Positions 6,561 through 13,215 of a stretch of DNA of 13,215 nt are shown one piece after another. The notes under the pieces are model-generated. The model made no database searches, was not told the origin of the DNA, and saw only the letters and a list, made by a program, of their open reading frames with translations. Origin of the DNA: Oligoflexia bacterium (GTDB lineage: Bacteria > Bdellovibrionota > UBA1018); contig JAYTHP010000118.1 of assembly GCA_043732485.1 (NCBI GenBank), positions 1 through 13,215 of the forward strand, in the 5' to 3' direction. Position 1 is the first letter of the stretch; every line of letters begins with the position of its first letter. The position numbers were made by a program, and so were the translations under genes.

Positions 6561-7862
6561 ATGTCTGGAGCAGATGGCTTGGTCAAAATTCCTGAGTTGC
6601 GCAAGAGGATTCTCTTTACACTCTTGATGCTGGCAGTTTACCGCATCGGTGTGCATATTCCTACTCCTGGGGTCGACGCTTCCTCCTTGCAGGCTGTGTT
6701 GGCCAATATGAAAGGCACGATTTTCGGCTGGTTTAACCTCTTTAGCGGCGGGGCCTTTGAGCGGTTTAGTATTTTTGCGCTAGGTGTGATGCCTTACATT
6801 AGTAGCTCGATCATTTTTCAGTTGCTGACGGTGGTGTGGCCTTACTTGCACGACCTCCAAAAAGAGGGGGAGCAGGGGAGAAAGCGAATTACCCAGTACA
6901 CCCGCTACGGCACAGTGTTGTTGTGTTTAGTGCAAGGCTACGGTATTGCCACTGGTCTGGAGCACACAAGCCAGACGGTGGTCATGCATCCAGGGTCAGG
7001 CTTTCGCTTGATGACGACGCTCACGTTAACCACGGGCACCTTGTTTTTGATGTGGGTAGGTGAGCAGATGTCAGAGCGCGGGATTGGTAACGGCATCTCG
7101 CTGATCATTTTCGCAGGGATTGCAGCCCGTATCCCCCAGGGGATCGGCTCGACTTTAAGCCTGTATCGCTCGGGCGAGTTGAGTTTAGTGAAGTTGTTAC
7201 TGATTGCTGTCGTAATCGTGGTGACTTTCTTTTGTATCATTTTCGTCGAACGTGGCGCACGTCGGATTCCGATTCATTACGCCAAAAGGATGGTGGGGCG
7301 TAAAGTGTACGGTGGCCAAAATAGTCATTTACCGCTGAAGGTCAATACTTCTGGGGTGATTCCACCCATTTTTGCCTCCTCGCTGATCATGTTTCCAGCA
7401 ACGCTTGCCAGTTTTTTCCCCTCCGAGCGGGTGCAAAAGTTGACGGGCTTTTTGCAGCCCGGCGCTTTGCTGTATAACGTTTTGTTCGTGGGATTAATCG
7501 TTTTTTTCTGCTACTTCTATACGGCTGTAACCTTTAAGACCGACGATGTGGCTGAGAACTTGAAGAAATACGGCGGGTTCGTACCTGGGATTAGGCCGGG
7601 GCAACCGACTGCTGAATACATCGATTACGTGCTCTCGCGCATCACGCTGGGGGGGGCTGTTTACATCTCCTCCATTTGTGTCTTGCCAACGCTCTTCACA
7701 CAGGCTATGAAGGTTTCCTTCTACTTTGGTGGCACCAGTGTGTTGATTCTCGTCGGGGTCGCGCTCGATACGGTGGCGCAGATTGAAACCTTCTTGTTGA
7801 ATCGCAACTATGAAGGTTTTATGAAGCACACCCGAGTGAAGGGGCGTACGGCTCTTTCATGA
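6561..7862 (+). CDS. secY: Preprotein translocase subunit SecY
   Basis: ELRKRILFTL, SIFALGVMPYISSSII-QLL, GIGNGISLIIFAGI, GVIPPIFASS, FVPGIRPG, FGGTSVLI-VGV, and many hydrophobic segments. ATG 6561 has AAAGGTG upstream; GTG 6537 is an alternative. Confidence 0.99.
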   Translation: MSGADGLVKIPELRKRILFTLLMLAVYRIGVHIPTPGVDASSLQAVLANMKGTIFGWFNLFSGGAFERFSIFALGVMPYISSSIIFQLLTVVWPYLHDLQKEGEQGRKRITQYTRYGTVLLCLVQGYGIATGLEHTSQTVVMHPGSGFRLMTTLTLTTGTLFLMWVGEQMSERGIGNGISLIIFAGIAARIPQGIGSTLSLYRSGELSLVKLLLIAVVIVVTFFCIIFVERGARRIPIHYAKRMVGRKVYGGQNSHLPLKVNTSGVIPPIFASSLIMFPATLASFFPSERVQKLTGFLQPGALLYNVLFVGLIVFFCYFYTAVTFKTDDVAENLKKYGGFVPGIRPGQPTAEYIDYVLSRITLGGAVYISSICVLPTLFTQAMKVSFYFGGTSVLILVGVALDTVAQIETFLLNRNYEGFMKHTRVKGRTALS

Positions 7863-8500
7863 TTATCATCTTTCTTGGCCCGCCGGGCTCGGGTAAAGGC
7901 ACTCAAGCCAAGAAGCTTGCGGAAGATCGACACTGGCCGCAGCTTTCTACCGGTGATATGTTACGGAAGGCTAAGACCGAGCAGACGGCTTTTGGGAGTG
8001 CAGCTAGGAAGGCGATGGACGAGGGACAACTCGTTCCTGACCAACTGGTGATCGATCTGATCGGCGCTCGCATTGAGATGGCCGATTGTGCGAATGGTTT
8101 TATCTTGGATGGCTTTCCGCGGAACCTACCTCAGGCGCAAGCTTTGGATCAGTTGCTTGCAGCTCGGCGTAAGACGATTTCCGCGGTGGTGTTATTTCAG
8201 ATTCCTGATGCGGTTTTGGTGGAGCGTTTAGCGGGTCGCAGGACTTGCCTGGGATGCGGTGAAATGTACCATTTAGTGAATTTTCCGTCGGAAAAAGCTG
8301 GGATTTGTGATCGTTGCGGCGCTGAGGTGGTGCAACGACTTGACGATCAAGCGGATGTGGTGATGAAGCGGATTCAGATTTATCATCACTCCACTGAGCC
8401 GTTGCAGGTGTATTATCGCGGGCAGAAGAAGCTTTTGCTTTTGGATGCCTCGCAGGGGGTGGGGCTGGTCTCGCGTGAGTTGATGGGAGTGTTGTCATGA
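7859..8500 (+). CDS. adk: Adenylate kinase, long form with 4-Cys (zinc-type) LID
   Basis: P-loop GPPGSGKGTQ, STGDMLR, GFILDGFPR, LID RRTCLGC...ICDRCG...QR-DD. ATGA overlap with secY. Confidence 0.99.
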   Translation: MIIIFLGPPGSGKGTQAKKLAEDRHWPQLSTGDMLRKAKTEQTAFGSAARKAMDEGQLVPDQLVIDLIGARIEMADCANGFILDGFPRNLPQAQALDQLLAARRKTISAVVLFQIPDAVLVERLAGRRTCLGCGEMYHLVNFPSEKAGICDRCGAEVVQRLDDQADVVMKRIQIYHHSTEPLQVYYRGQKKLLLLDASQGVGLVSRELMGVLS

Positions 8501-9249
8501 TTGGTTTAAAGACGGTCCGTCAGTTGGACTTGATGCGCAAGGCGGGCGGCGTGGTCGCTTTGATTTTAAGTGAGATGGTCGAAAGGGTCCGTCCGGGCGT
8601 TTCGACTGGTGAGTTAGATGCCTGGGCTGAGAAGCGCTGCCAGGAGCTCAAGGTGATTCCGGTTTTTAAGGGGTACCGTGGCTTCCCGGCTTGTGTCTGT
8701 ATCTCGGTAAATTTTGAAGTGGTCCATGGCATCCCGTCTTTTAAAAGAGTCTTGCAGGAAGGCGATATTGTTGGACTAGATTTTGGTGTCAGTCATGAGG
8801 GTTGGTTTGGCGATTCTGCCCGTACCGTGCCGGTCGGCAAAGTAAGTGCTGCGGCACAGAAACTGATGGACGTGACGCAGGAGAGTTTAAAAAAAGGGAT
8901 TGAACAGTGCCAGGTAGGCAAGCGAGTCGGCGATATTGGTGCAGCGGTGCAGAATTATGTTGAACCTTTCGGCTATGGTGTGGTAAGGCAATTCGTTGGA
9001 CATGGGATTGGCCAAGCGCTGCACGAAGACCCTGAGGTGCCCAACTATGGCGCTCCAGGTCGTCCGAGTCCGATTTTGAAGGCGGGGATGGTTTTAGCAG
9101 TGGAGCCGATGGTGAATGCCGGGTCTCCGAAGGTTAAGGTGTTAAGAGATGGTTGGACGGCGGTAACGATGGATCAGTCGTTATCGGCCCATTTTGAACA
9201 CACCATCGCGATTACGGAAAACGGCCCGGAAATTTTAACGCTTTTTTAA
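8497..9249 (+). CDS. map: Methionine aminopeptidase type I
   Basis: FKGYRGFP, CISVN-EVVHGIP, GDIVGLDFG, GDSART, GHGIG--LHEDP, AVEPM, SAHFEHT. ATGA overlap with adk. Confidence 0.99.
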   Translation: MIGLKTVRQLDLMRKAGGVVALILSEMVERVRPGVSTGELDAWAEKRCQELKVIPVFKGYRGFPACVCISVNFEVVHGIPSFKRVLQEGDIVGLDFGVSHEGWFGDSARTVPVGKVSAAAQKLMDVTQESLKKGIEQCQVGKRVGDIGAAVQNYVEPFGYGVVRQFVGHGIGQALHEDPEVPNYGAPGRPSPILKAGMVLAVEPMVNAGSPKVKVLRDGWTAVTMDQSLSAHFEHTIAITENGPEILTLF

Positions 9250-9273
9250 GGTAAAAAGCTAAAAGGTGAGATT

Positions 9274-9387
9274 ATGAAAGTGCGTGCATCAGTGAAAAAA
9301 ATTTGTGACAAGTGTAAAGTCATCCGTCGTAGGGGAGTGGTTCGAGTCATTTGCGAGAACCCCCGGCATAAGCAACGGCAGGGATGA
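9274..9387 (+). CDS. rpmJ: 50S ribosomal protein L36 (bL36), zinc-binding type, 37 aa
   Basis: Translated by hand (below the ORF-track cutoff): [46 protein letters not shown] upstream. Confidence 0.99.
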   Translation: MKVRASVKKICDKCKVIRRRGVVRVICENPRHKQRQG

Positions 9388-9548
9388 TGATCCACACGCG
9401 TGGTGGTGAGTTGAGCCTGGAGCTATAGCTTTGAGGTGAGAACCGCTGAAGGATAAAAAATCGACAGTTAGACTAGCGTGATGCGAGAGACTCTAAAAGA
9501 CAGTGACACATGAACCTAGTGAAAATCTAGTGAAAGGATGGTAGACCC

Positions 9549-9932
9549 GTGGCTCGAATAGCAGGAGTAGATCTCCCCCGAAATAAGCGGATGGAAGTAG
9601 CTCTGACGTATATCTTTGGAATTGGAACGCCAACGGCCAGAAAAATTCTGGAGGAGGCGAGAATTGAGTTCAGTCGGAAGTCCGATCTTTTGACGGAGGC
9701 TGAAGTCGCCATGATTCGTGAGATCATCGACCGCGTTTATCGTGTTGAAGGTGATTTAAGACGAGAAGTGAGCCTCAACATTAAGCGGCTAGCTGATTTA
9801 GGCTGTTATCGTGGCTTACGGCACCGTAAGGGCTTGCCTGTCCGCGGTCAACGCACTCACTCGAACGCTCGAACACGCAAGGGACCGGCTGTGGCCATTG
9901 CGGGTAAAAAATCTGTTAAGGCAATGAAATAA
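9549..9932 (+). CDS. rpsM: 30S ribosomal protein S13 (uS13)
   Basis: [58 protein letters not shown] start with AAAGGA upstream. Confidence 0.99.
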   Translation: MARIAGVDLPRNKRMEVALTYIFGIGTPTARKILEEARIEFSRKSDLLTEAEVAMIREIIDRVYRVEGDLRREVSLNIKRLADLGCYRGLRHRKGLPVRGQRTHSNARTRKGPAVAIAGKKSVKAMK

Positions 9933-9947
9933 GTAGGGATGGAACAT

Positions 9948-10499
9948 ATGGAATCGAAAGTGGATGCAAAAACTGAGGTGAAGACTGAAGCGCAGTTGGC
10001 CCCCGTCGTGGCAGCGCCAGCTTCAACGCCAGTCGCATCGTTGATTGTGAAGAAGAGTGAGCGCTTGGATCGCGGTGAAGTGAAAGGCGAGATCAAGAAG
10101 GATCCCGCGGTCGGAGATGGGACGATCAAGAAGACGAAGAAGGGTAAAAAGAACGTTTCCGCGGGTAACGTGCATATCTTGTCCTCCTTCAACAACACCA
10201 TTGTCACCATCACTGACACCATGGGGAATACGATTTGTTGGGCAAGTGCCGGCGGTAAGGGTTTTCGCGGTTCGCGAAAGAACACGCCGTTTGCTGCCCA
10301 GGTCGCTGCTGAGGATGCAGGGCGCAAGGCCGTTGAAAATGGCATGCGTTCGGTCCAGGTTTTTGTGAGTGGTCCAGGAGCTGGGCGAGAATCAGCGCTG
10401 CGAGCGTTGGCTTCGGTCGGTTTGCGAGTGACTTTAATTGAAGACGTGACTCCAATTCCTCATAATGGGTGCCGTCCGCCTAAAAGAAGAAGGGTTTGA
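9948..10499 (+). CDS. rpsK: 30S ribosomal protein S11 (uS11) with ~55-60-aa N-terminal extension
   Basis: [53 protein letters not shown]. Start is ATG 9948 (AGGGA 8 nt upstream) or ATG 9939. Confidence 0.97.
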   Translation: MESKVDAKTEVKTEAQLAPVVAAPASTPVASLIVKKSERLDRGEVKGEIKKDPAVGDGTIKKTKKGKKNVSAGNVHILSSFNNTIVTITDTMGNTICWASAGGKGFRGSRKNTPFAAQVAAEDAGRKAVENGMRSVQVFVSGPGAGRESALRALASVGLRVTLIEDVTPIPHNGCRPPKRRRV

Positions 10500-10502
10500 G
10501 TT

Positions 10503-11129
10503 ATGGCTCGGTGTATCGGTTCAGTTTGTCGTTTGTGTCGTAGAGAAAATCAGAAGTTATTCTTAAAGGGCGACCGTTGTTATACGGACAAATGCTCCTT
10601 TGAGCGTAGGGCTTACCCGCCTGGGCAGCATGGTCAGGGACGTATTAAGTTCTCTGAGTATGGCTTACAGTTGCGCGCTAAGCAGAAGATTAAGCGTATT
10701 TACGGTTTGCTCGAAGGGCAGTTTCGTAATCTTTTTGAAAAAGCCGAGCGGATGAAAGGTGTGACGGGTTCCAATTTACTTTCGTTGTTGGAGCGTCGCT
10801 TGGACAATGTCACCTATCGTTCGGGATTTGCTAATTCTCGGAACGAAGCGCGGCACTTGGTGCAGCACGGACATTTTAAAGTCAACGGCTCGCGCGTGGA
10901 CATCCCCTCTTACTTAATGAACAAGGGCGATACGCTGGAAGTGTGTGAGAAGAGTCGCGGCATGGCGCGGATTGCCGGTGCCTTAGAGGCAGTGAAGCGC
11001 CGTGAGATTCCTCAATGGTTGGAGTTAGATTCACCAGTGATGAAGGCGCGTGTGCGTGATCTCCCCTCACGAGACGATGTCACTGCTCCGATGCAGGAGC
11101 GTTTAGTGGTTGAGTTGTATTCAAAATAA
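10503..11129 (+). CDS. rpsD: 30S ribosomal protein S4 (uS4), Cys-containing (zinc-type) N-terminus
   Basis: [48 protein letters not shown]. Confidence 0.99.
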   Translation: MARCIGSVCRLCRRENQKLFLKGDRCYTDKCSFERRAYPPGQHGQGRIKFSEYGLQLRAKQKIKRIYGLLEGQFRNLFEKAERMKGVTGSNLLSLLERRLDNVTYRSGFANSRNEARHLVQHGHFKVNGSRVDIPSYLMNKGDTLEVCEKSRGMARIAGALEAVKRREIPQWLELDSPVMKARVRDLPSRDDVTAPMQERLVVELYSK

Positions 11130-11182
11130 TTGATGTAAAGTTTGATCTTAAAGTGAACTCTCTCACGAGGGTAGGAGAAAAA

Positions 11183-12343
11183 ATGCTAGAAAAAAACTGG
11201 CGGGATTTAATTAAGCCTAAGGCACTAGATGTCGACAAAGAGAGCCTGACTTCGGAGTATGGAAAATTCGTTGCCAAGCCTCTTGAGCGAGGCTTTGGTT
11301 TGACGTTAGGGAATTCTTTAAGACGAGTGCTTTTATCCTCTTTGCAAGGTGCTGCGGTGACTGCGGTGCGCATCGGTGGAGTGGTGCATGAGTTTACCAC
11401 TGTGCCGGATGTCAAGGAAGATGTGGCTGAGATCATCTTGAACCTGAAGGAAGTGCGCTTTCGTTTGTTGGGTGCCGAGTCCTCCACCGTCTCCATCCAT
11501 AAGAAGGGTGAAGGCAGCGTTTTGGCCTCTGATATTCAAACTTCCGATCAGGTGGAAGTACTGAATCCCGATCAATTGATTGCCGTCTTAGGCAAAAACG
11601 CCCAGTTGGATCTAGAAATTCAAATTGCGCGGGGCCGAGGCTACCGTCCAGCTGAGGGGAACCAGACGGAAGGGATGTCGTTGGATTGGATTGCCATCGA
11701 TAGCTTCTTTTCTCCTATTCGCAAGGTCAATTACACGGTCACCCAGAGCCGGGTGGGTCAGCGAACCGACTTCGATAAGCTGACGTTGGAGGTCTGGACC
11801 GATGGTTCGGTGTTACCGGAAGATGCCGTCTCGTTGGGCTCAAAGATTCTGAAGGATCAGCTCTCGGTGTTTTTGAATTTTGAAGAAGAGCCTGAGCCTG
11901 TGGCTTTAGCCAAGGAAGATGGCAGCTCGCAGTTCAATCCTAACCTCTATCGTTCGGTTGAGGAACTGGAGTTGTCGGTGCGATCAGCTAACTGTCTGCA
12001 AAATGCGAACATTAAGTATATTTACGAATTAGTGCAACGCACTGAGTCGGAGATGCTCAAGACTAAGAATTTTGGCCGAAAGTCTTTAAATGAGATCAAA
12101 GACATCTTAAATGAGATGGGCTTGAGTTTAGGGATGAAGTTGGATGGTTTCGTAACGCCTGCCCACGCACAGCGTTCGAGTGGTGTTGAGATGTTAGGTC
12201 ATAGTGATGAAGGAGCGGAGGGCTTTGAGGACGACGCTGGGTTGCCTGAGAGCGCCGATTCGCTTGAGGCGCCGGAGTCGGAAGAAGAATTAGCACGCAG
12301 TCACTTGACGGACCCCTCCTCTTCTTCAAACGAAGACGAGTAA
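11183..12343 (+). CDS. rpoA: DNA-directed RNA polymerase alpha subunit with ~63-aa acidic C-terminal tail
   Basis: [33 protein letters not shown], alpha-[30 protein letters not shown] 11183 follows an AGGAG SD. Confidence 0.99.
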   Translation: MLEKNWRDLIKPKALDVDKESLTSEYGKFVAKPLERGFGLTLGNSLRRVLLSSLQGAAVTAVRIGGVVHEFTTVPDVKEDVAEIILNLKEVRFRLLGAESSTVSIHKKGEGSVLASDIQTSDQVEVLNPDQLIAVLGKNAQLDLEIQIARGRGYRPAEGNQTEGMSLDWIAIDSFFSPIRKVNYTVTQSRVGQRTDFDKLTLEVWTDGSVLPEDAVSLGSKILKDQLSVFLNFEEEPEPVALAKEDGSSQFNPNLYRSVEELELSVRSANCLQNANIKYIYELVQRTESEMLKTKNFGRKSLNEIKDILNEMGLSLGMKLDGFVTPAHAQRSSGVEMLGHSDEGAEGFEDDAGLPESADSLEAPESEEELARSHLTDPSSSSNEDE

Positions 12344-12355
12344 AAGCCCGATTCA

Positions 12356-12477
12356 CCCTCAGCGCTAATCCGCGTGAGGGAATTGCGCTTGAGGTAAGCT
12401 TCAGGCCGGTGAGGGATAAGAAGCTGGGGCTGAGGTTTGGTAGGCTGCTTAGTGGTTTTTGTGAGTAAGCAAGCCTG
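12356..12477 (+). promoter_or_regulatory. Three-hairpin cluster in 197-bp rpoA-rplQ spacer
   Basis: CCCTCAGCG/CGCgTGAGGG (12356-12380), CTTGAGG-taag-CTTCAGG (12388-12405), TAGGCTGCTTA/TAAGCaAGCCTG (12441-12477). Confidence 0.45.
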
Positions 12478-12540
12478 TAGGGAGTTCAAGCGAACGTTGA
12501 CCCAGAAGTTGTCCTCTAAGTTTAAAAGGAAGTTGGAATC

Positions 12541-13215
12541 ATGAGACATTCAGTAGATGGCCGTAAATTTGGTAGAAACACCTCACACCGTATAGCCTTG
12601 TTTCGTAACATGGCAAACGCAGTGATTGAAAAAGAGCAGATCATCACGACCGTACAGAAGGCGAAGGAAATTCGCCGGGTGGTGGATCGCTTGATTACGC
12701 TCGGGAAGGGTGGCTTGCCTGCTTCGCGCAGGCTAGCGTTTGATCGCACCCGCAGTGATTTTGTGGTGAAGAAGCTGTTTACGACTTTAGCTGAGCGTTA
12801 CCAGGATCGGGCCGGTGGCTACACACGAGTTTTGAAGTTAGCGCAGCGCCGTTGGGGTGATGCCGCAGAAATGGCGGTCTTGGAGTTGGTGGATCATCCA
12901 GCCTTGAATCGCAAAAAAGGCGATTCTGCTGCCCTCCGCCAGATGGCCGCAGATGCCGCTACCCCTGCAGCGTCGGTAGACGATCAGGGTGTGGTGCTGG
13001 CTGAGGGGCAGGCGGTTGACAATGAAGCGCAACTTGGCGCTCTACCAGTCAAGACGGCTGAGTCAAGTCAACGCAAGTTTGATCCGATGAAGCGCTTTCG
13101 AGGGATGTTTCGCCCGAAGGGCTCGCAATCGAAAGTCAGAGGAGCTGCGCACAGTGCTGGCAAGCGCACGGCCGCAGGCGGTGGTTCTTCTAAGAGTGGT
13201 GGTAATAGTTCTTAA
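12541..13215 (+). CDS. rplQ: 50S ribosomal protein L17 (bL17) with ~106-aa C-terminal extension
   Basis: [51 protein letters not shown]. The ORF continues to TAA at 13213-13215. Confidence 0.99.
   Translation: MRHSVDGRKFGRNTSHRIALFRNMANAVIEKEQIITTVQKAKEIRRVVDRLITLGKGGLPASRRLAFDRTRSDFVVKKLFTTLAERYQDRAGGYTRVLKLAQRRWGDAAEMAVLELVDHPALNRKKGDSAALRQMAADAATPAASVDDQGVVLAEGQAVDNEAQLGALPVKTAESSQRKFDPMKRFRGMFRPKGSQSKVRGAAHSAGKRTAAGGGSSKSGGNSS

Noticed and set aside
11115..11155. Possible internal sigma70 promoter in the AT-rich rpsD-rpoA gap (TTGTAT/TTGATG ... TAAAGT)
   Set aside because: Spacing between candidate -35 and -10 hexamers is too short and the matches are weak.
481..13032. Numerous minus-strand and alternative-frame ORFs in the track (e.g. 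2617-2976, 8100-8498, 9857-10345, 11080-11496)
   Set aside because: They overlap highly conserved + strand genes, have no recognisable motifs, and are the expected shadow ORFs.

Overview
The window is a contiguous, all + strand piece of the bacterial S10-spc-alpha ribosomal protein superoperon: 'rpsC-rplP-rpmC-rpsQ-rplN-rplX-rplE-rpsN(Z)-rpsH-rplF-rplR-rpsE-rpmD-rplO-secY-adk-map-rpmJ-rpsM-rpsK-rpsD-rpoA-rplQ. It uses the standard code 11, and I see no mobile elements, RNA genes or CRISPR. Sequence character and the secY-adk-map-rpmJ order without infA suggest a 'deltaproteobacterial' organism, possibly Bdellovibrionota/Oligoflexia-like; that is inference only. The gene content is ordinary, but the operon is unusually inflated. 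First, nine conserved proteins (L16, L29, S17, L24, L5, L15, S11, RpoA, L17) carry low-complexity extensions or insertions of about 18-106 aa. These include an acidic RpoA tail and an L17 tail with a candidate amphipathic helix. Second, five junctions are 150-337 bp long (rplN-rplX, rpmD-rplO, rplO-secY, rpmJ-rpsM, rpoA-rplQ), and most contain nested hairpins, short direct repeats, shared motifs or small candidate leader ORFs. All structures and alignments were read by eye and none were computed.
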